A DNA stretch of 64,000 bases from the human T2T-CHM13v2.0 reference genome, Homo sapiens. The stretch is taken from assembly GCF_009914755.1 (NCBI RefSeq), contig NC_060934.1. One strand, 5' to 3'. The translations under genes and the position numbers were made by a program. The notes beneath the pieces are model-generated. The model had not been told where the DNA came from and did not search any database. It worked only from the letters and a program-made list of their open reading frames with translations. This document shows, piece after piece, positions 39,064 through 52,448 of this stretch. How positions within the stretch are numbered: position 1 is the stretch's first letter; the number at the start of each line of letters is the position of its first letter.

Positions 39064-42021
39064 ACCTTAGAAGACAGCCAAATGGAAATACTTAGTAGGT
39101 GTTGGAATATTAGGCTGAAGCTCAGGAGCAGGGGGCAGATTTCAGTTACAGATTTTGCACCAAGATACATTTAATGTAATTTTGAAAATTGTCGTAGTCA
39201 TTATGTAATGAATTATGTAATAAAATTAAATAAGTTAAATAACTGAATAAATTAAATAAAAATATGTAATAAAAGTATGCAATATAATAATTATGTAATG
39301 TAATATATAATTTTAAAATCCTCATTGTTACACCGAGATAAGTCTGCCTTGGAGGCAGGTGGAGTTGCCCAGGAAGACTGTAGAATGAGAGGCCAGGAAG
39401 ACAACTGGAGAACCCACATGTTGGCGTGGGCAGAGTCCACACAGGAAATGAAGGAAAGGCAGATCCATTAGAACGATATTGATAGGATCTCACATCGCAG
39501 AAGGGGGGAGCAGTTATGAGAAAAATATGCTCAACACTGACAAATGCTGGGGGAAAAAACTATAACTCCACACTGCCAACTGAGGAAACAGCAAGAAGCT
39601 GTTGGTTAAAGCCACCAAAGCTCCCGGAACATTACAAGTTGCCCAACGAAGAAGGGGCCAGTATGAAGAAAGGGAGAAGGAACACAGGGACCCCTGAGGC
39701 TGCATCCCAAAAGAAGATGACCATCCTAGAGGAGAAGGAGCTGTGAAATCCTCATTGTCACCGCAGCTTACTTTGCAGAGGGCACAGTAATTTTTCAACA
39801 AGTGAGGTGGGAGGTTCGAGAGGTCTAAGTGGGTATTCAAATCAATAGTACAATCTAAATTATAACCTGACTCTGATTTGGGAGTGTGGTGACTAATGTA
39901 TTTCGGGAAGAAGATCATTGCTGCATGTGCCAAATGACAAACAGGTGACACAAGTTAGCAAAGTTTTTTGTTTTGTTTTTATTAAAGAATACTTAGTGCT
40001 AATGAGGATATGGTGAAATAACTGTCTACTCAAGAATGAAAATTAATATTAACCTTTTGTACAACAATGTTGCAATATATATCAACATGTTTACATCATT
40101 TGATATAGTAATTCCAATTCTAAGATTTTTAATTAAGTAAATAATTTATAATATGGAGTAAGCCTTATGTTTATCTCAGGGTTATTTATGATAGGAAAAA
40201 ACTAAACTCAAACTAAATTTTTCATGACAGAGGAATTATTGAGTAAATTATGGTACACATTTCAAGTGGAAAATCAGGCAAATGTTACAAATAATAACTG
40301 AAAGTTTTTAATAACTTGGAGAAATAGTAATTATATAACATTAAGCAGGAGAAATAAGATATAAAATTTTATATGCATTATTACATCAGTTCTGCTTTTT
40401 TAAGTCCATATAAAAAATTCACAAGATGCCAAGTATAATGTTCTCTGCAAAGAAGAATTGAGGTGATATATTTCCTTCTCTTTCAAATTTTCCTTACTCA
40501 TCCTGCAATATTTTTATAATCAGAAAAGGTCATCCGGGCATTCAGGGATGAGAGCTGTTAGAAGGATTCCAGGAGTCTCACAGGCTAAAGCAGGTGAGGA
40601 GGGCTTCATGAAAGTAGTGGGACTTGAATTAGAATCTGACGGGAAAAAAAAAATTATACACTGAAGAGGAGTGAACGTTCCTGGCAGGCAGAATGATGAC
40701 AACACGAACAAGATGGGGTGGTGAGTTAGGTGCAAAGAGTTGACCAGTTGGCTGGAGAGAAAGGAGACTTTGTGTATTGGAATATTGGAATTTAAGAGTA
40801 ATCAGATGAATATAATATTGATGGAATGGAAGAATAAAGCTATTGAATAGTTTTGATCAACAAAAAAGACTCATGTGTTTTCTTCTAGCTTTAATTTTCA
40901 TTAAACCCTCAAAACAATGGTTGGCATAGGAAGTGTTTGACAAACATTTGTGGGATGAATGAATGAGGAAACAAAGTCCAGGGTAGAAAACATTCTGTAA
41001 GTGCCGTTTAAATGCCTTTATTTTCTTCTGCAGTCAAGTGTCTCTCCAAGATGATAGAGTAAGGTAGCCTCTCCACCTTTCAGCTCTGCTAATTTGCAAG
41101 TCAGACATATTGAGCTTCTGAAAATTTCACAGACCCACTCTCCCTTGGAAAAAATGATAGAGATAAAGTAAATGAAATAATTACTTCTCTACTATTCACC
41201 AGGGTCGTATATTACTCAGCTGAGGAAAATGATGATGTGTGCCATTTACTAGTTTAAAAAAAAAAAAAAACACTAAACAAAAACTCTATGTAAAATTTCA
41301 AATTAAAAGCTTTTCCTAAGCAAGGGGTTTATCTATTTCACAATGAAGACTGCATATTTTTCATCTTCCTTTCTAAATAGCTATTGATTACATTCAATTA
41401 ATTCAGAATCTGATATAAAAAGATTTTCCTAAGACCTAACTCTCAAAAGAGCTAGAAAATGATGTCCAGGTGTTTGAAGCCAAGTCTCACACCAAAGCCC
41501 GTGGGCTCCACCATCAGTCATCCTGCCTGCTGCCTCTCATATCTCCATCTCCAGCTGGCTGGTGCTGTGAGTTGTTCCATCGGCCCTTACCTCCACTCCA
41601 CCCTTGGATTTACATTGTCTTGAGTTCTTGTATCTTACAAAATGTATAAGCTGTCAGTCAGCTAACCTGAAAGTCCAACTGTAATTCATGACCAACAGAG
41701 AGAAGAGGATAAGCATGCTCCCACCCAAAGCCCTTTTTCTACACAAGCAGCCAAGCACTGCTCTGTCCTCAGACCTCATCTGCCTGAGCTTTCATACATT
41801 GTTGTTCACCATCCCTCTTTTTAAAAATTCACCACTTGGCTTCTTCAAGTATTTCTTAAAACGTGATTCTTGGTCCTCTTCCTTCCTTCTTTACTCTCTT
41901 ATATGTGTACATCATGCAATGCTGCACATTTAATCCTATCAGGAAGGGTGATGAGGCATAAAGAGGACAGATTTGGAATCAAGCAAACATAGGTTTTCTG
42001 TGTGTGTTGGTTCGGTTTGTG

Positions 42022-42481
<460 letters not shown>

Positions 42482-43045
42482 TAATCATTATTAGGTGTGT
42501 GTTAACATGGGGATATTTGCTGATAATTAATTAATAGTAAGACTAAGCTTGACTGATGCTGGAGAACCAGGGTTCAGGAATTTGAGAATGATTGCCTTTG
42601 GGACACACACTTTTGGAAGAGGCCTTCCACCTGACCCTCCACGTCACTGCATTTTCTTGCCAGCTATGCCCAGAATGCATGGTCCTGACTGCATCTTGCC
42701 TGGGCTGTGTCTCAGGGTTGTGCTTATAGCAAGCAGCCTTCAGGGAGGAAGTAATGTCTCTCCCTAGGCAAAGGGCAGGCTTCCCTCCACTTGCTCTAAA
42801 GCCATGAACCCTCCAAGGTCATTGTTCCCAACCCACTACATGTGGGAATCTGTGCAGGTGCCTAGCATGTCAGTGGTGCTGACAGGTCAAGTAACACAAG
42901 AAGGGAGAGTGGATTGTTTGGTTTGACAAAATGAATGTCGCTGGTGTCCCTGAGAAGAATCAAGGTTGCTGGTGTCCTTGAGAATGTTGCTGGTGTCCTT
43001 GAGAGAAAAAGCACCATGGGAGTGAGTTCAAAAGAGCATGTTAGA

Positions 43046-43353
43046 GGCCGGGCATGGTGGCTCAAGCCTGTAATCCCAGCACTTTGGGAGGCTGAGGCAG
43101 GCAGATCACGAGGTCAGGAGATCAAGACCATCCTGGCTAACATGGTGAAACCCCGTCTCTACTAAAAATACAAAAAAGTAGCTGGGTATGGTGATGGGCG
43201 CCTGTAGTCCCAGCTACTCAGGAGGCTGAGGCAGGAGAATGGTGTGAACCTGGGAGGCAGAGCTTGCAGTGAGCCAAGATCGCACCACTGCACTACAGCC
43301 TAGACCTGGGCAACAGAGTGAGACTCCGTCTCAAAAAAAAAAAAAAAAAAAAA
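43046..43353 (+). mobile_element. AluY/Sc with TSD AGCATGTTAGA
   Basis: Full dimer, A-tail of about 21; TSD 43035-43045 and 43354-43364. Confidence 0.95.
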
Positions 43354-43478
43354 AGCATGTTAGAAAAGAGGGTTAAGTTGTTGAATAGAAACTTTTTAAG
43401 GCACTTTTTGCCAGAAGAGAAATGAGAAAATGAGAAATTCTCATGCTCCCTCTAAGAAAACTTACTCTTAACGGTTAT

Positions 43479-43630
43479 AAAGGATTGTGTGATTCATAAG
43501 GAACTACTTATGAATACTATCTTATGAATACTACTGATGAATACTACTTATGAATACTTAAAGGATTCATAAGGAACTACTTATGAATACTTAAAGGATT
43601 CATAAGGAACTACTTATGAATACTATCTTA
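43479..43630. repeat. Palindromic 33-bp / 13-bp compound tandem repeat
   Basis: ATTCATAAG-gaacta-CTTATGAAT hairpin three times, plus extra CTTATGAATACTA units. Confidence 0.9.
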
Positions 43631-43910
43631 GCATGTTAACCTTCCCATAAAGTATTTATCATTTACAGGAAAAAAAAAATGTTTTCAACCAAAGCTGTCA
43701 CCCTTTCCTGTTTGGGCCACAAGCCAGCCTGAGACAGAGGCTGGAGGCTGGAAAGCTCTGCCTGTCCCCCCGCCACACTGCAGACACATGGCATTCTGGT
43801 GACCAGGCTGCATTCGACAAGCCACAGGTTGAAGCTCTGTAGCCCTCTTGGTTTTATTGCCCCTTAAAGGAGATTTTAAATACATCACAAAGACTTAGGA
43901 GGGAGGATGC

Positions 43911-44268
43911 TGTCTTAGTCCATTTTCTGTTGTTATAACAGAATACCTGAGACCAGGTAATTTATAAAGAAAAGAAATGTATTTCTTATGGTTCTGGAGG
44001 CTGGGAAGTCCAAGGTTGAGGGACTGCATCTTGTGAGGGCCTTCATGCTGTGTCATAACATGGTGGAGGGCATCAGCAAATGTGCCAGCTCAGGTCCCTC
44101 TTCCTCCTCTTTTAAAGCCACCAGGCCCATCATGGGAGCCCCACCCTCTCAACCTTATCTAATCCTATTTACCTCCCAAAGGTGCCACCTTTAAATACCA
44201 TCAACATACGAATTTGGGGATTAAGTTTCCAACACATGAAATCTGGGGGCTACATTCAAACCATAGCA
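43911..44268 (-). mobile_element. MSTC/D solo LTR
   Basis: TG...CA ends with perfect 5-bp TSD GATGC. Confidence 0.88.
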
Positions 44269-46094
44269 GATGCTAATTCAGACACCAAGAAGAGTCACTA
44301 AAACAGCAACAATTGACTCTTGACTTTGAAGTGTTGTTAGATGATGTCAAGTACCCTATTGCCCACAATAGCACAAGAGAGAATAATATTTATGAGCCCA
44401 TATTCTGACGCTTGCTGGAATAACAGCACCTTTGCTGATTAGGGGAAATCATACCTACAATAAGCGTATTTCAAGAGCTGGCACCCATTGCAAACCAGTC
44501 ATCCACCTCTTCCCTGAAAGGTACTAGGCATTGAAGTTTTTCTTATGCCAAGAAAGTACTTCTTTTACTCCACATGCCGCCAGTGTTCTCTGTCAAGAGT
44601 GAGAAGTTGAGACAGGAGGAAATAACAAGGAGACTTTCTAGAACCATCCAACTGAAAGGAGCCCTAGAGGCCACCCAGACAAGTGCCCAGAGGAGCTGGG
44701 TGATTCTCCCAAGCTCCCCCAGAAAGTCAGTGGCAGATCTGAGGTTACAACCAGGTGACCCAGTGTTCTTTGCAGAATGTCCCACTATTCAGAGGGCAAT
44801 ACCATTGAGTGGTGTCCCAGAGGGTGGGATTGAGCCGGGCTGCCTGGTTCAAACACCAGCCCTGCCACTTACTCACAGTGTTAGTGGACAATTTCCCTAA
44901 CTTTTCTGGGCCTCCCTTTCCTTGGTCTGCAATAAATTGGACAAACTGCTTAACCTCCCTGGTCACCAGTATTCTCCTCTACAAAATACGGTGATAGTAA
45001 TACCTTCTAGGAGTGTTGAAATGATTTAATCACTTGAGACATTAAAAAGAAAAAAACACTTGGCTCATGATAGAAAGAGCACTCAAACCTTAACTTTATT
45101 ATCATTGCCTCTCTGAGATGGGTGAGTATGAGTTAGACAATGACTTTGCCTGAAAAGAGCCTGAGGTTGTTTAAGGAAGACAAAAAAGATTTAATAAAAA
45201 TTATTTTGGTTGTGGAAATGGTTAACGATGGGTGTGAAAGCCCAGGAATAATTACCCCTCACTGGGGTACCGTGGCAGCCCTTCAGGGACTCCCCTGGCA
45301 GAGCCAATGGGCCTGTCCTTGGGGAAGTTGTGAGCTTGTTCAGACCGGGTCCTTGAATAACACAGTAGACCACCCCTTTAGGGTGGCTTCATGGTTGAGG
45401 GAAGGAAGGCCCCTAAGATCAAAGCCCCTAAGAACTTCGACCAATGTCCAGCATCCAACAGACCACTTGGGGTAGAGGCATGGGATCTGAGCTATGGTTG
45501 TGGAGGACTGATGTCAGCAGAGCCCAGGGGCTGCAGGGGTTGTGGTGGGAGGTGGGGGACTTAAGGATATCACCCAGCCCACAACAGCCCTAAATAACCC
45601 TGTGGGTCCAGGTCTTCTCACTTGCTTCTGGATCTAGAATGAGTTCCTGGGAGAGAAAGTAAGAAGTGAAGGGAACATCAACAGTACTGGTGGTCAGAGG
45701 GTTCCTGGTACTTGGTACCACTGCCCAACACTCAAACCTAAAGTCACTTTGCTGAAAAGATAGCAGCCATTCCAGGCAATATTGTAAAAGTTGTGTTATC
45801 TTAACATTACGCTTCCTTGTGAAAGTCATTTTCCATACTCTCAGTAATTGCTTTAAAATGAGATTTTTATCAGTTCTTTTCTGCTGCACTTTGAGATTGA
45901 TGCCTGTGAAGTGTTAGAATGCAGAGCTCAACTTAAGGCCAAAGCACAATTCGAAACTTCTCTCACCCCATCCACCAAGATTTGTCCTCACTCGTTCATC
46001 CGTTCATTCAATAAACGCTAAATGAGCATTCTGCATCAGACACTACATTGAGGAGGTGCAGATGGGAGCTCCCGCTGAAGAAATGATGCAATAT

Positions 46095-46460
46095 GTGTGT
46101 ATCTTAAACTAGGATCCCTAGAAAGACTGACACAGACAGCTGCATGCAGAATGTCTTGAGGGAGTGTTCCCAGGAGATACACCTGTGAGGACATGAGAAG
46201 GCAAGACTGGGCCCAGAGAGAAGATGACCCAGGAAGCAGCTGCAACAGAGGTCTTGGCTGCAGCTGCAACAGAGGTCTTGGCTATACCTGCAGAGAGCTC
46301 TAGATTGCGGATAATCCTTCTATGTTGTCTCAAATTGAGGCAAGGGGCTGGCACTTCAGATGTCTGCACCAGCAGTCATTGGCAGTGAACCACGCCAGAA
46401 GGGTGAATAGTGACCTTGGGTGGGGCTGTTTCCTGCCCAGTGAGGGGCCCAGCTGTGAAC
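46095..46460 (-). mobile_element. LTR16-like ERVL LTR with a 24-bp tandem duplication (46236-46283)
   Basis: GCAGCTGCAACAGAGGTCTTGGCT x2; family call tentative. Confidence 0.55.
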
Positions 46461-47244
46461 CATCCTGCCATCCTGAGAATCTCTAGAACTATAAACAAAA
46501 TTCATCAAGCCACACTGATGGCCACATCCTTTCCCCTTAAATGATGTGGGGGCATACTCCCTCTCCCATGAGCTACACCTTCTCCCCATGCCCTTAGAAC
46601 ATTCAAATGAGTAAAGGGAAAGAGTTTTCCTATTAACATATCCCCCCAGACAAATGAGAACTCAGATCATCTGACCTAATGCTTCACATTTGCTGAGAGT
46701 TTAATTAGCCAGAAGAGCACCTATTGCCTCATTAACCCTCTAACTGTGGGCCATTAGCAGTTAGAAAAGCAAACACAGCAGCTGAACAAAGCAAATACAC
46801 GCTGGCCATCGCTAAGGTTGAAGATTGCCCAGGTGGTAGTTACCTGGGCAGCAAGTTGTTGCTAATCCTGTCTAGGTGAGCATGGCTAATAGGCCTTCTG
46901 TGTCTTAAAGCAGGACTCCGTGAAAGGGAGATGGGAGAGTAAACCAAGACAGCCGCCAAAGGCTCCGTTTCTTTGTTTTGCTGAGGAGCAGGCTGAAAAC
47001 ACGGAGTCCGGGCATGTTGGTTCCTGGCCACACATCTGCAGCGCCTGGACAACAGGGTCTGGGGTGTGTGGTTGGGTGGAGGGAGGTGAAGGTAAGGTCA
47101 GAAAGGTGGAGAGAAAGAGACAAAGGACTGCCCTTACTGTAACATGGACATTGACGAGCAGAGCTAAATGCAATGGAAGAATAGAGAATAAAGGCTGAAA
47201 GCTGTTGTGTAAAGGAAGAAGAGCAGATATTAGAAGTCATCTCA

Positions 47245-47852
47245 CAATTTATAATCCTTTGGGTATATACCCAGTAATGGGATGGCTGGGTCAAATGGTA
47301 TTTCTACTTCTAGATCCCTGAGGAACCACCACACTGACTTCCACAATGGTTGAGCTAGTTTACAGTCCCATCAACCGTGTAAAAGTATTCCTATTTCTCC
47401 ACATCCTCTCCAGCACCTGTTGTTTCCTGACTTTTTAATGATCGCCATTCAACAATGATAGACTGGATTAAGAAAATGTGGCACATATACACATACTATG
47501 CAGCCATAAAAAATGATGAGTTCATGTCCTTTGTAGGGACATGGATGAAGCTGGAAACCATCATTCTCAGCAAACTATCGTGAGGACAAAAAAACCAAAC
47601 ACCGCATGTTCTCACTCATAGGTGGGAATTGAACAATGAGAACACATGGACACAGGAAGGGGAACATCACACACCGGGGCCTGTTGTGGGGTGGGGGCGG
47701 GGGGGAGGGATAGCATTAGGAGATATACCTAATGGTAAATGACGAGTTAATGGGTGCAACACACCAACATGGCACATGTATACATATGTAACAAACCTGC
47801 ACGTTGTGCACATGTACCCTAGAACTTAAAGTATAAAAAAAAAGAAAAAAGA
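47245..47852 (+). mobile_element. 5'-inverted (twin-primed) L1PA3/4 with 13-bp TSD
   Basis: Antisense ORF2 segment 47245-47450 is joined to the sense 3' end from 47451 to the tail; TSD AGAAGTCATCTCA at 47232-47244 and 47853-47865. Confidence 0.93.
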
Positions 47853-48149
47853 AGAAGTCATCTCAGAATTCATCTGGACCACTCCTCCTTCATTTTAGAG
47901 AAAAAGAAACAATAACCCAGAGAAGAGCGATGCCATGCCCAGGGTCACACAGATGACTCATGACGGAACGCAGATTAAAACTTGTTCTGATTTCCATTCC
48001 CGGTTTCTATCCACCTCCCCAAGGAAAATAGAGGAAAAGGAGAAAAGAAAGATGACAGGGGACAAACTAGAGGAACTAAAAAGATAAACTAGAAAAAAAA
48101 GAAAATACTGAAAACTTAAACTGGGCAGGAGAAGAAAACAAGCAAAGAA

Positions 48150-49150
48150 AAAACAGCCATCAAAAATGATGCTGATTCTAAAATCCATGTGCACCAGAAA
48201 AGCCAAGAAAATTTTGAAAAGGAACAAGATGTGGAACTAGTCCTTCAGATTCCAAATATTCTAGAGGTATTGTAATCAAAGTAGTGTGTTACTAGAACAG
48301 TAATTTAAAACATTTTGATGGTATGGAGCAGGAGGTCCAGAAACAGGCCAATGTCTATACATGGAGTTTAGCACATGATAAAGATATCATTTTAACTAGT
48401 GGTATTTGGATGGGGTTGAGGGGGACCACTCAGTAACGGTATTGGCACTATTGGCTGTAAATCTGTGGGGGCATTAAGTTAAATCCCTACTTCACACCAT
48501 TTCCTCCCCAAAACTGAGAGATGAGTAACCTCAATAAAAATAGCAATCAAAATTAGGCAATATTTATAAATCATTAGGAGAAAATACAGTCCTGCATAGC
48601 TAGGAAGATGGGAGCCTTCATACCCAATGCACACACACACACACACACACACACAAAGCCAAAGGGAAAAGGAAAGATAAATTTGACTATGTTAGAATTT
48701 AAAACTTCCGTTTTATAATAGAGGCCCAAAATAAAGTTAAAAGTCAAGAGATAGTCCAGGAGGAATATTACAAATATCTAATGAAGAACTCGTAGCCGTA
48801 CAAGATAAAGAACTTCTCAAATCAATACAAAAAGACAAAAAAAGTTAAAAATTGACAAAAGGCAAGCAATTTAAAGAAGAGAAAATGAAAATATTCAACT
48901 AGAATGTGAAAAGTAGATTAGCCTCACTTGTGACCAGGGAAATGCCAATTAAAGTAAAATGAAACACTTCATACTCACCCACCTGGCAAACTGTTCATGT
49001 TTGATGACATGGGGAATATGGACCTCGTACATTCACAACCAGCTGGCGAAAGTAAAAATGGGTACAATCACATTGAACAGCAAAGCAGCAAAATCTATTG
49101 AAGCTAAATTCCCAAATTCTCACTTTCCTGTTTAAGCAAATGAATAAATG
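48150..49150 (+). mobile_element. Old L1ME ORF2 fragments, with (CA)n at 48630-48654
   Basis: ATGCTGATTCTAAAATCCATGTG...GATAAATTTGACTA...GGGAAATGCCAATTAAA. Confidence 0.6.
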
Positions 49151-50050
49151 ACTTGTTCTTGTAGTAAAGAGAATCATATTGACCAAAAAGTTAGAGATGG
49201 AATGTCAGCGCAGGAGCCTGGGTGGGAAAGGATGTTGGAATCTCATGATATCTCAGCCCACAAGTGGGGCCAGAGAAGGGCACAGTCAGAGCCAGGTGCA
49301 AGAGCAGAGTGCAGAGAGAGGACAACCCAAGGGTCCCCACTGTATCCCTCCTCGCTGGTGTTTAAGACCACTGCCTCCTCTGGCTCCCAGACAAGGAAGA
49401 CAGCTCTGCTGTCAGGTTATGTCATTTTCTAAACCTCAGGGATGAACTATTTCCGGTTGGCAAGTGAGCGAATTAAATTCCTTAGTGGCAGGGTCAGTCA
49501 TGCTAAATGAGAAAGTTGACTCAGCCGGGCAAGACAGACGCATGTCATTACTCATGGCAGGGTCCCCGCACGCCTGCTGCTGAGTCCTCCTTGGCCTCCC
49601 TTCGTTGAGCTGACTCATTCTTCATCTCACTTTTCTGTGCAGAGTTGCTGGAAAGGACACGTGGGGGGCCCAGATGGGAAGGAACATCCCCCAGGTGTTG
49701 GTTACACAGGAAGTTGAAAAGCTGTCAGATCTGGGACAAAAAGAGTGAGCTGACTTCCTGTACTGTGGGTTCCTAAGGGTACTGGTGAGACAATGTCAGA
49801 ACCAGGCAGGGCGCTAGTCAGGTTGAACACATGGAAGTGAACTAGCTAAAGAGGGGAAGGCAAGGAGACACTGGGTACTCAGCAGAGCCAGGTGTTCAAG
49901 GCCCTTGGTCCCTCACATCCCTGGAGGAACTGTGTCTACCTTTCTCTATTGCTTAAAACCTGAGTTCCAGGGTTTCTTTGTCATGCCTGACTCTGACACG
50001 CTGTGTTTCTGGCCCCAATTCTCATTTGTGCTCTAGGATCACCCTCTGCT

Positions 50051-50243
50051 CCTGATCCAATAACAGTAATGATTGTCGTTCCCTGGGTGCTAAGCATAGT
50101 GCTCTAGTACTAGGCACAGTGCTCTCCCTGATCCAGTCACAGTAATGGTCGTCATTCCCTGGGTGCTAGACACAGTGCTGTAGTACTAGGCATAGTGCTC
50201 TCCCTGATCCAGTCACGGTAATGATTGTCATTTCCTGGGTGCT
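50051..50243. repeat. 76-bp minisatellite, ~2.5 copies
   Basis: Units start with CCTGATCCA at 50051, 50127 and 50203. Confidence 0.9.
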
Positions 50244-50265
50244 CGAAATCCCCAGGGATATTTTT

Positions 50266-50314
50266 ATGGGTCCTGGTATGTGTATTTTAACAAAATACAC
50301 ATACCAGGACCCAT
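50266..50314. repeat. Perfect 23-bp inverted repeat with 3-nt loop
   Basis: ATGGGTCCTGGTATGTGTATTTT-AAC-AAAATACACATACCAGGACCCAT. Confidence 0.97.
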
Positions 50315-51741
50315 CAAAACCCTCTGAAATAGAATCTATAGGGGTGATGCCTAGGAGGGGCCATTGAGGATGACTTTTGATAGAAATCCACCCATCTGGA
50401 CTCTGGGGGCATCCTGGCTTTGACTGATCCCATCACAGGGGAAGAGACCAACCTCCTTCTCCTACCATTGAGCCTCTGCAGGATCCCCATCCTGGGTACC
50501 CAGGCTATTTAGCTTCTTCCTTCGACCTCCTCCCTCAGAGAGATATTATAACTCAGGCTGCATTCCAAAGCCAAAACCCTCACTGCCATGAGGGTTAAGC
50601 ATTGGTTCAGGCAGCCCATACCTCTTCTCTTTCTCAGACTGTGCTTGGAGGCTCCTTCGGCAGAGGCCACCCAAATCCCAGAGAGAATCTTTGAGTATGC
50701 CACACCCATCACTCAGAGGTCTTCAAAATAAAATGCTAATGGCAACCAGAAATAAGACTGTTCTACCCCCAGATTTCATGGTAATAAGGAAAGAGACTGT
50801 GAATCAGGGAAACAAAAGGGTAAGGGGCAGGAAAGGTCAAAGCAAAAGGGAGTGCGTAGCCCATCACCCAAAACAGCACGCAACCCACCAGTCTCTGCAA
50901 TTAAGCACCAAATACGAAAGTAATTAAAATAATAACAATAGCTGAGCCGCTGCGCTGGGAAGAGTGTACAGGAGATGAGGGGGTGGTGGCCTTGACCTCA
51001 TGCACTAAGAGAACATAAAGGATTTTTCTAAATGCAGAAGCCACCCATTGAACAAAGTGTTAAGGGGCCACTGGGAGAGGGAGCAACTCCCGTTCTTGTC
51101 CAGAGAGGAGGCCAGCGCCACGCAGCACAACACAGGGGTTAAGATCAATCAGGGATTTCAAAGAAAAGACATGCCGTAATTAAAATCCCAGTTCCTCCAC
51201 TTTCTACTTTGGGACCTCAGACACAGCCTCTTTATCTGTTATCGGGAATAGTCATTGTATCTACATCACATGGCAAATGTCAAGTGTTAGTAACCTGACA
51301 ACTGGAATTAAAATTATATAAGCGGAACATTTATCTCAGTGCCTAGGTCTGGGTATGAGCTCAACAGATGGTTGATAATCATTCATGTAACATAGTTTCC
51401 TCTCCCAATTTCCACTTCTGACTTCTGGACAGGTGCTGGGTAGGGACCTCGTTACTCAGTCTCATTTTCTCCACCCACGAAAAGAGAATAATTACCTCTG
51501 ACCCCAATCCCACTTAAGTCTTTATTTCCCCAAAGGGTTAACACATATCTAACATCTAAAAAGAAATATTTCATCAATCTAGTGTAAAAAATGCATTTTC
51601 AGGATCCCATAGGCATCACCATTCCTGTTACCCAAACCCTGGTGAGCCAACAAATAAAAAGTTATAGCACCTCTAAAAGGGCCCAGCAGCCAGAGAGAGA
51701 AAGTACCTACAAAACATTCACAACACACACCCAATAAAATA

Positions 51742-52083
51742 CAGCCGTGCATTGCTTAACGATGGGGATACATTCTGAGAAATGTGTTGTTAGGTGATTT
51801 CCTCATTGTGCAAACTTTATGTGCTTACACAAACCTAGATGGGATAGCCTACTACACACCTAGGCTAGACGGTGCAGTCTATCATTCCTGGTCTACAAAC
51901 CTATACAGCATATTACAGTACTGAATACTATAGGAAGTTATAATACAATGGTAAGCATTTGTGTATCTAAATATCCACAAACAGAGAGAGAGTACAGTCG
52001 AAACATGGTATTATAATCTTATGGGACCACTGTTGTATATGTGGTCTATCATTGGCCAAAAATTATTATAAGGCATATGACTG
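51742..52083 (+). mobile_element. Tigger3a/MER7-type MITE, complete
   Basis: TA-CAGCCGTGCATTGCTTAACGATGGGGATACATTCTGAGAAATG...GGCATATGACTG. Confidence 0.85.
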
Positions 52084-52134
52084 TCCCTGAAGAAGAAAGA
52101 TGAACACCTGTGATAGAAGATAATAAGAATAGTT

Positions 52135-52448
52135 GACCGGGCGTGGTGGTTCATGCCTGTAATCCTAGCACTTGAGGGACTGAGGCGGGCGGATCACCTG
52201 AGGTCAGGAGTTCAAGACCAGCCTGGCCAACATGGTGAAACCCCGTCTCTACTAAAAATACAAAAAAAAATGAGCCAGGCGGTAGAGACACGTGCCTGTA
52301 ATCCCAGCTACTGGGAGGCTGAGGCAGGAGAATCACTGGAACCTGGAAGGCAGAGGCTGCAGTGAGCCGAGATCATGCCACTGCCCTCTGGCTTGGGCAA
52401 CAGAGTGAGACTCCATCTCAAAAAAAAAAAAAAAAAGAAGAAGAAGAA
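52135..52448 (+). mobile_element. AluSx-type element
   Basis: Full dimer with A/GAA tail. Confidence 0.92.

Noticed and set aside
43479-43630. CRISPR-like array (33-bp palindromic repeats)
   Set aside because: No unique spacers, no cas genes, primate genomic context. It is a local tandem/inverted duplication.
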